A DNA stretch of 62,411 nucleotides, from NCBI GenBank assembly GCA_048882385.1, contig JBHLRQ010000001.1:79340-141750 (forward strand), in the 5' to 3' direction. Below are positions 9,631-20,247 of the stretch, piece after piece (positions within the stretch are counted from its first letter, which is position 1; every line of letters starts with the position of its first letter). The position numbers and the translations under genes are program-made. This DNA comes from Candidatus Thorarchaeota archaeon (lineage in GTDB: Archaea > Asgardarchaeota > Thorarchaeia > Thorarchaeales > Thorarchaeaceae). Below the pieces are notes generated by a model, which did no database searches, was not told where the DNA came from, and saw only the letters and a list, made by a program, of their open reading frames with translations.

Positions 9631-11523
9631 TTGGCCAAAGCCAACGAACTTCTTGAGGATAAACCAGGAAAAGAAATTCTTCTCCTTGCCAATGAAGCAA
9701 TTGCTCGAGGTGTATTAGAAGCCGGTGTTCGACTTGTCGCTCTCTATCCTGGCACACCAAGTAGTGAAATTGGAAACAATCTGACATCCATGGCACCTCA
9801 CATACCAAACTTCTACTTTGAATTCAGTACAAATGAGAAGGTTGCTCTGGAAGTGGCAGGGGCAGCTGCTGTTGCAGGTGTGAGATCCATGATGGTCTGT
9901 AAAGGTCCAGGTCTCAATGTAGCAGCTGATCCATTCTTTTCACTTACATATGTTGGTGTTCGGGGAGGAATGGTGGTAGTTGTAGCAGATGATCCAAGTA
10001 TGTGGAGTTCTCAAAACGAAAATGACAGTAGATACTATGCGCTCATGGGAAACATGCCAATGATGGAGCCTGCTGATCCAATTGAAGCAAAATCTATGCT
10101 TCTTGAAGCCTATAAGTTCTCAGAGCAACTCGAATTACCAGTACTGTTTCGTACCACTACTCGGGTTAATCATACACGAGCTCCTGTGACGTTCGGAAAA
10201 ATACTACCTCGTCCAGATAAAATCGAGTTTGAAAAGGAACCATTCCGATTCGTCCCTGTTCCATCTGTTGCACGTAAACGACACCCTTGGCTCCTTAAAC
10301 AGATAGAGAAAGCGAAGGAATTGTCTGAAAAAAGTCCCCTGAACTATGTTGAGGGAAAAGGCGACCTTGGGATAATCACTTCTGGCGTTTCATATACATA
10401 TATAATTGAAGCACTTTCCTACATGGAAATCAAAGCTGAGGTTCTGAAGCTTGGAATCACTCATCCAGTTCCTGAGAAAATGATCACAGAATTCTTGCGT
10501 CGTCATAAACAGGTTATGATTGTAGAAGAATTAGAACCATTCCTTGAAACACATGCTAGACGGTTAGCACATTTGAACAAAGTCAATGTCGACATCCTTG
10601 GAAAAGAACAAGGTATCTTCTCTCGTACCTACGAATATAGTCCAAAGATTGTAATGAATGCTCTAAAGGAAATTACTACACGTAATACACCTATTAATTG
10701 GGAGGCCATTGACAAGAAAACAAAGGAACTACCTGAATTACCCCCAAGACCCCCACTTCTATGTGCTGGATGCCCGCACAGAGCAACTTACTATGCAATC
10801 CGAACTGCGACAAGAGGAAAAGCAATCTATCCTTCAGACATTGGTTGCTATACTCTAAGTATTGCACCTCCACTAGAAACAGCTGATATCCTGTTCGATA
10901 TGGGATCTTCAATAACTACTGCATGTGGTCTTGCTGAAGTCACAGACCAAGACGTTGTTGCAACTATTGGTGATAGTACATTCTTTGCATCTGGTCTTCC
11001 AGGCATTGCAAACGCAGTTTATAATCAACATCGAATCTGTGTTGTAATACTTGATAATCGAACCACTGCCATGACAGGTCATCAACCCCATCCTGGTACA
11101 GGAATAACAGGTATGCAAAAAGAAGTTCCACCTCTGGATATTGCAGAAGCATGCAAAGGTCTAGGCGTCAAATATGTCAAGACTGTTGAACCATTCGAAT
11201 CAATGGCAAGTTTGGTTGCTGAAGTACGTGAGATGGTAAAATGGACAAGAGAGAATCATAGTCCTTCAGTACTAGTTTCGATAGAGCCATGTGCACTTCT
11301 CACTGCAGCAGAACGTCGTCGAACAGGAGAATTTCCACCTAGGTACTTTGTAGATCCAGAGATATGTAATGCATGCAAACGTTGTCTCAATCGCCTTTCT
11401 TGTCCTGCAATGTACATGGATTCAGAAACAGAACAAGCTGTGATTGATGAAACTCTGTGTAATCTCTGTGGGACCTGTGTTTCAGTTTGTCCACAAGGCG
11501 CAATAAAACAGGAGGATGCCTAA
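9631..11523 (+). CDS. iorA: Indolepyruvate:ferredoxin oxidoreductase alpha subunit
   Basis: NEAIARG, YPGTPSSEI, NEKVALE, PPRPPLLCAGCPHR, DIGCY, IGDSTF, C-terminal ferredoxin Cys motifs. Confidence 0.95.
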   Translation: MAKANELLEDKPGKEILLLANEAIARGVLEAGVRLVALYPGTPSSEIGNNLTSMAPHIPNFYFEFSTNEKVALEVAGAAAVAGVRSMMVCKGPGLNVAADPFFSLTYVGVRGGMVVVVADDPSMWSSQNENDSRYYALMGNMPMMEPADPIEAKSMLLEAYKFSEQLELPVLFRTTTRVNHTRAPVTFGKILPRPDKIEFEKEPFRFVPVPSVARKRHPWLLKQIEKAKELSEKSPLNYVEGKGDLGIITSGVSYTYIIEALSYMEIKAEVLKLGITHPVPEKMITEFLRRHKQVMIVEELEPFLETHARRLAHLNKVNVDILGKEQGIFSRTYEYSPKIVMNALKEITTRNTPINWEAIDKKTKELPELPPRPPLLCAGCPHRATYYAIRTATRGKAIYPSDIGCYTLSIAPPLETADILFDMGSSITTACGLAEVTDQDVVATIGDSTFFASGLPGIANAVYNQHRICVVILDNRTTAMTGHQPHPGTGITGMQKEVPPLDIAEACKGLGVKYVKTVEPFESMASLVAEVREMVKWTRENHSPSVLVSIEPCALLTAAERRRTGEFPPRYFVDPEICNACKRCLNRLSCPAMYMDSETEQAVIDETLCNLCGTCVSVCPQGAIKQEDA

Positions 11524-12139
11524 AATGTCTGGTAATAATGGTAATACAGTGAATATTGCTATCACTGGAGTAGGAGGCCAAGGAGTTTTGACTCTTGCTG
11601 AAGTACTAGCTAAGGCAGCATTACAATGTGGTTTTAATGTGCGTGTTGGAGAAATTCATGGAATGGCTCAAAGAGGAGGTCATGTCGTTTGTACAGTTCG
11701 TATTGGAGAGAATGCTAAAGGTCCAATTATAGATCCTGGTTCTGCTCATCTTCTCGTTGGCTTCGAACCCATTGAAACCCTAAGAGAAATCCAACTTGTA
11801 AAAGAAGGGGGTTGTGTCCTGATGAGCTCACATGTCCAATATCCAGTTGCAGTTTCAATGGGACAAGCAGAGTATCCTGATCATGATGAAATTATCAAGA
11901 TTATGAAGAAATATACTGATAAGATAGTTGAGTTTGATGCTTTGGAACTTGCAACAAAAGCTGGGAGTACACGAGCGCTCAACATGGTCATGTTGGGAGC
12001 AATCATAGGTACTGGTCTTATTTCAATCACTGAGAAGGTTGCAATGGAAGTTGTCAGTAATGCCTTCCCAAAGAAATTCGAGAAAATCAACACTGCAGCA
12101 GCAAAACTAGGACTCGAACAGGCAAAATCATGTTGCTAA
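11516..12139 (+). CDS. iorB: Indolepyruvate:ferredoxin oxidoreductase beta subunit
   Basis: GVGGQG, EIHGMAQRGG, NMVMLGA; overlaps iorA stop. Confidence 0.95.
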   Translation: MPKMSGNNGNTVNIAITGVGGQGVLTLAEVLAKAALQCGFNVRVGEIHGMAQRGGHVVCTVRIGENAKGPIIDPGSAHLLVGFEPIETLREIQLVKEGGCVLMSSHVQYPVAVSMGQAEYPDHDEIIKIMKKYTDKIVEFDALELATKAGSTRALNMVMLGAIIGTGLISITEKVAMEVVSNAFPKKFEKINTAAAKLGLEQAKSCC

Positions 12140-12153
12140 TACTAGTATTACAA

Positions 12154-14526
12154 TTATGGATCATTTAGATTTGCTGCAGCAACAGCGACTTGTCCGATAG
12201 AGATCCCTCCATCACCAGGAGGGACATCCTTGTGAATGAGAGGTGTCAGTTTTTCCTGAACAACATGATCTATCACAGCTTTTGTGATGACGCTGTTGAG
12301 CGCGACACCTCCAGAAAAACCAACATGTTGTATTTGATTCTCTTTAGCTACCCTACATGCAATATATGCCAATGATGACCCCAAATACCATTGCGCAGCA
12401 TAGGCTATCTCATGCTCGTTAACACCTTTTTCCTTAAGCTCAAGAATATCCATCAAACCTCTAGATGTATCCAGATTCAATCCACCTTTTGTTTTCATGA
12501 ATCGGGGTTTGATTTGTAACTCGGTTGTCTTTGCTAGAGCCTCAAGTTTCATAGGACATTCTCCATCATAAGAGTTCACTGAGCTTACGCCCAGTATCAT
12601 TGCCACTGCATCAAGGAATCTTCCAGCACTTGTACTACTCATTATACTAATCCTACGATCCAGAGAATCAATCAAAATATCCAATGTGTCTGTCGACATT
12701 TTGGTGTCTAGTCCAATAAGTGCTGGACCAATTATACGAAGAATGTCATCCTTTTCAAGTGAGTTACCCAAATAGCTCTTTAGAATTCCAACCACAGATC
12801 TTGCAGCATAGACCGCTGAGAGGTCTCCACCAGGATAATCAATATTCTTGAGACCACCCATTTTCCTAAAATCTTTCAGACCACCAAGTAGTACTTCTCC
12901 TCCCCAACCTTTTCCATCTTGACTAAATCCATAACCATCAGCTGTAATACAAACAATACTTGTATTATAAGGCAATTTATGATCCACAACCATGGAAGCA
13001 AGGTGTGCATGATGATGCTGAACACGAAAGAGAGGAATACTAAATTCATTACTCATCTGTTCTGCGAATTCAGTAGTCAAGAACTCCGGGTGAAGATCAC
13101 ATGCAACTCCATCTAGGTTACTGACATCCAGTAGATGAAGAATATGTTTCATAGCATCAGACAAGAAGTCTAGACTCTCAACTCGGTTGATATCCCCAAT
13201 ATGCTGTGTTGGATAAATCATTCCAGATTTTAGAATTGCTCCTGTAACTTTTTCTTCAGGACCCACACCGACAACTCTGACAGACTTAGGTTCTCGAAAT
13301 TGAAGTGGTTCAGGAACATATCCTCTTGCTCTTCGAATAAAGACTGGCTTGTTCTGACCTACAAATTTGATAACTGAATCATCAGCTCTCTGAAATACTC
13401 TCCGATTATGAACAAGAGAATAATCAACAATATCCTTTAGCTCAGACACTATAACTTTAGGGTCTATATACATCGGAACTCCAGTTGGATTTGCACTAGT
13501 CATTACTAAAGAAGGTTCTTTGGTGTAGCGGAACAAGAGATGATGAACGGGAGCGTATGGAAGCATAACTCCAATTGTATCAAGCCCTGGAGCAATGAAT
13601 TCCAAAACATCTTCAGGTATTACACTTGAATTAGACTTCTCTTTTCTCTGAAGTAGAACAATGGGTCTCTTCCAAGACGTAAGCAATGTTTCCTCTTTGG
13701 AAGTAATTTGAACAATTTCTTTGATAATAGAAAGGTTTCTAACCATTATCGCAAAAGGTCGTTGAGATCTCTTCTTTCTTCTGCGAAGTGTTTCCAATGG
13801 TTCAGCGTCAGTAGTCTTTGTTACAATATGAGTTCCTGCAATTCCTTGTACAGCTACGATATTTCCTTTCTCAACTAGATTTGATACTCGAAGAACTGGA
13901 TTACTAACCTCAATGTTCTTACCAAGAGAGTCTACGAGTTGATAAATCGGTCCACATTTTTCACATGCTGTTGTTTGGGCATGATATCTTCGATCCAAAG
14001 GCGTTGTATAACCTGTATTACAAGTATCACACAAGGGAAAATCAACCATAGTTGTGTTTGGACGGTCGTAAGGCAGGTCTGTAATCGTAGAGAATCTAGG
14101 TCCACATGCTGCACATGAAGTAAACGGATACAAATACCACCTTGAATCTGAATTTGTGAGATCTTCAATACAATCATTGCATATTGCAATATCAGGAGGC
14201 AATACAGGTATAGATCCTTCAGTTCTAGCAATGGTTGATTTGTGTATGGCAAATGATGTGAAAGAGTTGCTTGGATTCTCCCAATCAACATCGAGTGTGT
14301 CTATTCGAGATATTGATGGTGGTTCATTTTCAATCCGATTGATTAACTCTCGAATCTCTTCATCATTGCCTTCTACAATTACCCTAACTCCTGCATCACC
14401 AAGATTCAGTACATAACCTGTGAGTGAAAGTGATTTAGCAATTCGATAAATGAAAGGCCTGAATCCAACTCCTTGGACAATACCAGTCACGTGAATTGTA
14501 GCTCTTTTTTTCACAGGTTTTGACAC
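12154..14526 (-). CDS. hypF: Carbamoyltransferase HypF ([NiFe]-hydrogenase maturation)
   Basis: GIVQGVGFRPF acylphosphatase domain, Zn fingers, DLHP, QHHHAH, PPGDGGISIGQ. Confidence 0.97.
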   Translation of the reverse strand: MSKPVKKRATIHVTGIVQGVGFRPFIYRIAKSLSLTGYVLNLGDAGVRVIVEGNDEEIRELINRIENEPPSISRIDTLDVDWENPSNSFTSFAIHKSTIARTEGSIPVLPPDIAICNDCIEDLTNSDSRWYLYPFTSCAACGPRFSTITDLPYDRPNTTMVDFPLCDTCNTGYTTPLDRRYHAQTTACEKCGPIYQLVDSLGKNIEVSNPVLRVSNLVEKGNIVAVQGIAGTHIVTKTTDAEPLETLRRRKKRSQRPFAIMVRNLSIIKEIVQITSKEETLLTSWKRPIVLLQRKEKSNSSVIPEDVLEFIAPGLDTIGVMLPYAPVHHLLFRYTKEPSLVMTSANPTGVPMYIDPKVIVSELKDIVDYSLVHNRRVFQRADDSVIKFVGQNKPVFIRRARGYVPEPLQFREPKSVRVVGVGPEEKVTGAILKSGMIYPTQHIGDINRVESLDFLSDAMKHILHLLDVSNLDGVACDLHPEFLTTEFAEQMSNEFSIPLFRVQHHHAHLASMVVDHKLPYNTSIVCITADGYGFSQDGKGWGGEVLLGGLKDFRKMGGLKNIDYPGGDLSAVYAARSVVGILKSYLGNSLEKDDILRIIGPALIGLDTKMSTDTLDILIDSLDRRISIMSSTSAGRFLDAVAMILGVSSVNSYDGECPMKLEALAKTTELQIKPRFMKTKGGLNLDTSRGLMDILELKEKGVNEHEIAYAAQWYLGSSLAYIACRVAKENQIQHVGFSGGVALNSVITKAVIDHVVQEKLTPLIHKDVPPGDGGISIGQVAVAAANLNDP

Positions 14527-14663
14527 CTTCGTTGTTCTCGTGGTCGTCTACGATATTAATCCAGTGAAGTGACAAACTATTCAACTACGTGTTGTATTAC
14601 ATTTTCTAACAATTCTTTATAGGACCTCTTAAGGTCTAGGTAGGAGAACAAGATTGAACTGAC

Positions 14664-15074
14664 TTGACAGGCCGTAGTGTACGTACCAGATCACTTGTTC
14701 GTGAACCCGAGGCAACACCATCAATTTTAGCATCTATACCTGAATGTCTTCGGGACGCGCTCAAAGAGGCTATGAATACTAGAGGAAGAAAATCAGTATT
14801 GATCTCAAGTAACAGTCTCACTAATAGATTCATTTTTTCTAGGTGGGGTATACGTCCCTCTCAACGTAGAAGGTACAAGAATCTCTTTGCGTCTGTCAGA
14901 AAACAGAGTCGTATTGTATTCCAACACTATCTTTTACGTGGTCGAGTAGAATGGACTGATGAATCAGGAAGGAATATTTTTGGAGTTTACAAGTTTGATG
15001 AGATTAGAGGGAATCTAATTCTAGGATTTGTCATCATGACACCTAATTCAGAATGGACTCTGTCAAATAGATAA
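14664..15074 (+). CDS. Basic hypothetical protein, possibly nucleic-acid binding
   Basis: 136-aa Arg/Lys-rich ORF filling the gap; flanked by TGTATTACA at 14593 and 15087. Confidence 0.6.
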   Translation: MTGRSVRTRSLVREPEATPSILASIPECLRDALKEAMNTRGRKSVLISSNSLTNRFIFSRWGIRPSQRRRYKNLFASVRKQSRIVFQHYLLRGRVEWTDESGRNIFGVYKFDEIRGNLILGFVIMTPNSEWTLSNR

Positions 15075-15279
15075 TTACTAGTTAATTGTATTACAACTAT
15101 CACAAATATAACCAAAACTGAAATCTACTTAAGCACGAAACTGTTTCTCGTATACAAAACTGTATCCGCCTATGAGGCCTAATAATCAGTGAGATTGAAC
15201 TTTGTAAAAACCTTCTCTATTGCCTCAAAAGCCTATAGATGTCCAATATTTGAATTACACAAAAAGTGAGTGATTTGAC

Positions 15280-15819
15280 TTGAAATCTCAACAGAACGAA
15301 GAAAAGGAAACTGTGAAACGATTGACTTCGAGTGCAAAACAAGTACTAAGAGAACCAATACTAAAACAACTGCAAGAAGGATCAGTACTAAGCAAGGCTC
15401 AGATAGAAACTCTTCTTATTGATTTAGTAGTTGAGGACAGTTATGGTTCACACATTACCTATGAAAACAAGGCATCATACCGTTCAAGAAAAGGAGCCAG
15501 CTCACGAGGCGTTTCTAGAGGAGCATTTAACAGAACATTAAACCAGGCACGAAGAAATCTCACGCGCTGTTTTTACACCATGCTACTCTTGGCATACCTA
15601 GGTCTTTTTGAATTTACAATATTTCGACCATTCGAAGAAGTTGCAGCTCGAATTGGTGATTATCGACGAATTCGTGATATTCTGGCTGGTAAAACTGAAC
15701 TTACAGCTGAAGAACTAGAAAGCGTCAGAGTTACAGAACGGACAATCATGTCCGCACTTGACGAGCTTTCTGCATCTCTTGCTCTGAAGTCAGATATTTC
15801 TAGAAGGAAGTCAGAATAG
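15280..15819 (+). CDS. Hypothetical protein with HTH-like segment
   Basis: LSKAQIETLLID...VSRGAFNRTLNQARRN...YTMLLLAYLG. Confidence 0.7.
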   Translation: MKSQQNEEKETVKRLTSSAKQVLREPILKQLQEGSVLSKAQIETLLIDLVVEDSYGSHITYENKASYRSRKGASSRGVSRGAFNRTLNQARRNLTRCFYTMLLLAYLGLFEFTIFRPFEEVAARIGDYRRIRDILAGKTELTAEELESVRVTERTIMSALDELSASLALKSDISRRKSE

Positions 15820-16238
15820 AGATCACAACAGTCCATAGACAATTACAGAAAATAAACGGCTCGAGCGTGTCGCACTGCAAGGTGTCCAACGTGTGCGAGT
15901 GAAACCTTCTCCATCACTCAGGCAACCATTTGGTCATCCTGGAGGTTTGTTTGAGGAGATAGAGATGACAATGACGAACGCCTGATACGCCGGAGAGATG
16001 TGACTCGTCGACGTCGGCATACTTGCCATTGTACGACACACTCATATTTTACATTGCAACAATTGTACATAGTTCTAATCTTAGAACGACTTTTTTGACT
16101 TGACTCGACTCTAAATTTGGCGCTTTTTCTGTTGATTTGATACATGTAATACAACAAATACAATGATTAGCAATCTGAATAAACCTTAACCACAATCTAT
16201 TGACATTATCCAGACAACCCAGGAAGTTGTGATGTCAT

Positions 16239-17483
16239 TTGACAAAAGACAATAGTCGTGATCGAATTCTCAGGGCAGTCAAACAAAGAGTCAAGGAATC
16301 TAATGAACATGAACGAGTTTCATTAGTTACTGATGCAATTGGAGACCGTCGTGAAAGAGATTTGGTAGACATCCTGGCTCAGGTTGAACAGGATTATGGG
16401 TGGTCCACAGCTCTTGATTATTTGGTGAAAGCTCGCAGTCAGAAGTATACATCACCAATGACTCTAGGGAAGACAAAATCAAATCTCGAGGAGCTGAAGT
16501 ATAGAGAGGAAGTATTCAGTCTTTTATCATGTACTGGTTTAGAACCAGTACCAATAGACACAACCACTTTACTAAAAGAGCTCTACTCTGAAAACTCACT
16601 TGTCGATGCATCTCGTGTGTTTCTAAATAATCTTGAAAACCTAGTTGTTGATCAGATAACAAATGGAGATACCCTATTTTTCAATCTCTCTGAGAATACT
16701 TCAATTTCTCAGCATACCTTGGATATGCTTCAGGAAAACAGAATCAAGAATATTCGAAATATATCGATTGAACGAAACAGAACTAAAATAGACGTCAAAG
16801 CTCTATGGCATTGTGAATATGGACGTTTAGCATTAGCAAAACTGGGAGTCAAAAATAGCATAATAGATTCTGACACCCTGAATCTTGTATTATCTGTAAT
16901 ACAGGAGAAGCCCACTTTGGAAAGTAGTACGATACCATCTTCACTGGATAAGGAAGACATTCTTTCACGTCCTTCAAACAAAGATTATCAAAAACTGCTT
17001 TCCAATATAATGCATCAGGACGTTGATGAACTAAGTCATTTAGGAAGCAAGCATGCTGTTCCAACTCTTAATACTCTTCTTGATGATGTATCATCAGGGT
17101 ACAAAGATGCACCATCGACTGATGGTTTCAAACAGATTTTGAAATGTATCAATGCTCATATTGCTGTGCGATCTCTTGATTCATTAATTGCTCTAGAAAA
17201 AGCCTCTCGAATGAAGGACTCTCGAATAACAACAACCGTAATCTTGTCCATAGGAAATTTCTATCATGAATCTGCGGTATCTACCCTTGTTGATATCTTA
17301 TGTAAAAGTAAGAACCGTGGGATAATTGAAACCACTACACAATCCATTATGAATCTCTACAAGAAATGTCCTGAGGCTGACTTTGTAATCAACAATCGTC
17401 TTGACGAGGAATGCACCAATCGTGGAAAATTGGTCAAGCTTCAAAAGATTCTACGTAAGGGAAGACAAATGTACTACCAGTAA
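16239..17483 (+). CDS. Hypothetical protein with C-terminal HEAT-like repeats
   Basis: 414-aa ORF; helical repeats such as ILSIGNFYHESAVSTLVDIL. Confidence 0.65.
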   Translation: MTKDNSRDRILRAVKQRVKESNEHERVSLVTDAIGDRRERDLVDILAQVEQDYGWSTALDYLVKARSQKYTSPMTLGKTKSNLEELKYREEVFSLLSCTGLEPVPIDTTTLLKELYSENSLVDASRVFLNNLENLVVDQITNGDTLFFNLSENTSISQHTLDMLQENRIKNIRNISIERNRTKIDVKALWHCEYGRLALAKLGVKNSIIDSDTLNLVLSVIQEKPTLESSTIPSSLDKEDILSRPSNKDYQKLLSNIMHQDVDELSHLGSKHAVPTLNTLLDDVSSGYKDAPSTDGFKQILKCINAHIAVRSLDSLIALEKASRMKDSRITTTVILSIGNFYHESAVSTLVDILCKSKNRGIIETTTQSIMNLYKKCPEADFVINNRLDEECTNRGKLVKLQKILRKGRQMYYQ

Positions 17484-17541
17484 TACAATTAACAAGTCCC
17501 ACTCGGCAGACATAAATCGACTTCGCTTTTGGCGTGAACTC

Positions 17542-18930
17542 ATGACAGGTTCTGAGACCAAATTGGTCAAGAGTATGGATCCCTTTTTCAATCCAACACG
17601 AGTAGCTCTAGTGGGAGCGTCTGCAGACTATAGAAAACTAGGTAACTCAATAATGATGAATCTCTTGGCATCAGAGATTGAGGTCTATCCGATCACTCGT
17701 AGTAGAAACCATGTTTTGGGTGTGACTGCATACAAGAGTCTCGCAGACTTACCTGAACCTGTTGATCTTGTTATAGTATCAGTAGCCGCAAAATACTGTG
17801 CTGCATTGATGCCAGAGATAAGAAATGCAGGAGCTAAAAATGCTGTAATCATCTCTGGGGGTTTTAGCGAAACTGGACCTGAGGGTTTGAAACTCGAGAA
17901 AAATCTAGTTCAAGCAGCCAAGAAATCAGGAGTAAGAATTATCGGTCCTAACTGTGTAGGGGTATCCAATAGTCGACTTTTCAATGGTACCTTCACAATG
18001 ATGCCGGAAAGAGGAAACATTGCATTCGTTTCTCAAAGTGGAGCACTTGGTGGCATGACCATATATACAACTAGAGCAAAACGAATTGGAATGAGTAAGT
18101 TTGCTAGTATTGGTAATTCCGCCGATGTGGGTTTTGTCGAAATTATCAATTATTTTCGGGAGGATCCAAAGTCAACCGTTATAGCAGTGTATATTGAAGG
18201 CGTCGATGAAGGGCGTAAATTATTTGAGTCATTATATGCTGCTGCAAAAGAAAAGCCTGTTGTGGTGTTGAAAGGAGGCCAAAGTGAGGCTGGAGGCAAA
18301 GCAGCACAATCACACACAGGATCACTTGCTGGGGCATCGAAAGTATTTGATGGAATGATACGTCAAGCAGGATGTGTAACAGCTCCTACTCTTGACACAC
18401 TATTTGAAGTCTGCAAACTTTTCGATTATCAACCTAAACCCAAAGGTCGACGCGTTGGTATTATTAGTAATACAGGAGGTGCGGGTGTTCTAGCAACTGA
18501 TGCAGTATCAAGACTAAATCTAGAAATTCCTGATTTGGAAACTAGTACACAAGAAGAGCTTCGTCAAGTGCTCCCACCCATGGCTTCATTGAATAACCCA
18601 ATTGATGTTGTAGCAAGTGGCGGGAGGCGAGAGTATAAGATAGCCACAGAGCTGCTACTAAACGACAAGAATGTTGACACTCTACTAGTTATATGCGCAG
18701 TTCCAACATTTGCAGGAATGACACAGACTGAACATGCAGCTGGTACACTTGAGGGAGTACGTTCAGCATCAATCGACAAACCAGTCGTTGGAGTATGGCT
18801 TGCAGGAGATGTTGGCAAACCTGGAAAAGATCTACTTGAAATGAACAAAATACCTTGCTATGATGATCCTGCATTAGCAGCTCTCTGTATATCTAGAATA
18901 ACAGAGTACGCAGAATTTCATTCTCGTTAG
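17542..18930 (+). CDS. acdA: ADP-forming acyl/acetyl-CoA synthetase alpha subunit
   Basis: FFNP..VALVGAS, ISGGFSE, RIIGPNCVG, SQSGALG, SHTGSLAG phospho-His, NPID; ATG 17542 preferred. Confidence 0.9.
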   Translation: MTGSETKLVKSMDPFFNPTRVALVGASADYRKLGNSIMMNLLASEIEVYPITRSRNHVLGVTAYKSLADLPEPVDLVIVSVAAKYCAALMPEIRNAGAKNAVIISGGFSETGPEGLKLEKNLVQAAKKSGVRIIGPNCVGVSNSRLFNGTFTMMPERGNIAFVSQSGALGGMTIYTTRAKRIGMSKFASIGNSADVGFVEIINYFREDPKSTVIAVYIEGVDEGRKLFESLYAAAKEKPVVVLKGGQSEAGGKAAQSHTGSLAGASKVFDGMIRQAGCVTAPTLDTLFEVCKLFDYQPKPKGRRVGIISNTGGAGVLATDAVSRLNLEIPDLETSTQEELRQVLPPMASLNNPIDVVASGGRREYKIATELLLNDKNVDTLLVICAVPTFAGMTQTEHAAGTLEGVRSASIDKPVVGVWLAGDVGKPGKDLLEMNKIPCYDDPALAALCISRITEYAEFHSR

Positions 18931-18971
18931 AGCATACTACATTTGATTCTGGTATTACAGTAGCAGGTCAT

Positions 18972-19271
18972 TCAACCATCAAGAAATTCTTCTGCAATCT
19001 GTGGAAACTCTTGAGCTACTGCCTCCCGAAGCTGTTTCTCTACCCACATACTCAGGTTGATTGCCTTTGTCTTTCGAATTGCTTTAAGGCAAGCCCTAAG
19101 ATCGGTCGGAATAGAGAATGAAACAATAGGACTCTTACGTTCCTTGTTGGGAACCGAAGCTAGTAATTCACTATGTTTTGGAACAGGGTCAGTTTCCCTA
19201 ACTACAGCTCGTGGCTTTGTTTCATCGTCCTCTTTTTCTGCTTCCTTTCGATATTTTCCAAGTAGACTCAT
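18972..19271 (-). CDS. Ribbon-helix-helix DNA-binding protein with charged N-terminal arm
   Basis: IVSFSIP strand, helix TDLRACLKAIRK, turn, helix NLSMWVEKQLREAV; ATG 19271 is separated from the ATPase stop by 1 nt. Confidence 0.75.
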   Translation of the reverse strand: MSLLGKYRKEAEKEDDETKPRAVVRETDPVPKHSELLASVPNKERKSPIVSFSIPTDLRACLKAIRKTKAINLSMWVEKQLREAVAQEFPQIAEEFLDG

Positions 19272-19272
19272 T

Positions 19273-20247
19273 TCATTGGACCTCCCTGAGTAAAGTTGCA
19301 TATGCTTCAGATACAAGTTCAGCAATTTCTTTTGTCACATCTGGATTACCAGAGTTCCTAAGATTTTCAGCTGCTACTTGTTGACATCCTCGTGCCAACA
19401 TCCGTATGTCTCGTGGATTTCCTTTTGCAGCATTGTTGATTACATCTATCGCACTATCTGAAAAGGGATAGATACTGTAATTATCCGGATCAAAGCTGTC
19501 AATCCGGTTTTGAGCATAGGCAATTCGACGACCTATGAACTCTCTTGCTTTTGCATCATTGAGCGGTGGAACATCAAGTGGTTCTGTGCGATCAGCTATC
19601 TGTGGCAAGAATGAAAGCATTGCATTCCAATAAATCAAGGTTCCAGACATCACTAAGGTGAAAATAGGCTCATCAAGAGCTCCTGAATATGCATCAATCA
19701 TTTCTTCAGTAGGTAAATCTGCAAGGAACCTTAGTTTGTGAAATGCTGCTTCTTGATTATCTGCAACATCTTCAATGAATAACGCAGTACGGCTCTTTTC
19801 CTCAAGATACCTTCTAAGACTTTCCTTTGCAACAGCATCAATAATCTGGCTTGACTCCCACGACCTTCGATATTTAATCCTAAGAGAATCAGCAATAGCT
19901 GAAGCCATTTGTTTTTCATAGAGACCTGTCATTCCTACATAGCCAGTGATGAATTTGTTACCCTTGCGATCCGCAAGTGTTGGCAAATCTCTCAGTGCCA
20001 AAAGCATTAGTGTACTCTTCCCCGAACCAACAGGTCCTCTGATGAAGACGTGTCGTTCATTTGTAATAATCAGGTCAACAATGGAATCAAGAAAGTCGCT
20101 ATCTTCTATGTATAGACGGCTATCTGGCATTTTAAAACCACGAAATGGTGAAAACCTAGCACCAATCTTTTCTTCCCAAGCACGTAGAACCTCTTTTCGA
20201 GTATTGAAGTGACGAATCAGTGCGCTCTCATGGATTGCGATCGTCAT
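19273..20247 (-). CDS. ExeA/GspA-like AAA+ ATPase
   Basis: N-terminal SPF motif, Walker A GPVGSGKS, Walker B LFIED, LVMSG, IADR, PFSDSAIDVI...GNPRDI; SD GGAGGT before ATG 20247. Confidence 0.85.
   Translation of the reverse strand: MTIAIHESALIRHFNTRKEVLRAWEEKIGARFSPFRGFKMPDSRLYIEDSDFLDSIVDLIITNERHVFIRGPVGSGKSTLMLLALRDLPTLADRKGNKFITGYVGMTGLYEKQMASAIADSLRIKYRRSWESSQIIDAVAKESLRRYLEEKSRTALFIEDVADNQEAAFHKLRFLADLPTEEMIDAYSGALDEPIFTLVMSGTLIYWNAMLSFLPQIADRTEPLDVPPLNDAKAREFIGRRIAYAQNRIDSFDPDNYSIYPFSDSAIDVINNAAKGNPRDIRMLARGCQQVAAENLRNSGNPDVTKEIAELVSEAYATLLREVQ

Noticed and set aside
15918-16163. 81-aa minus-strand ORF, and possible Sec read-through of nearby TGA codons
   Set aside because: Low-complexity, implausible protein; no recognisable selenoprotein context or SECIS.
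19273-20247. ATPase as Orc1/Cdc6, transposon TniB/TnsC or secretion ExeA
   Set aside because: No C-terminal winged-helix extension typical of Orc1, and no transposase or secretion genes nearby.
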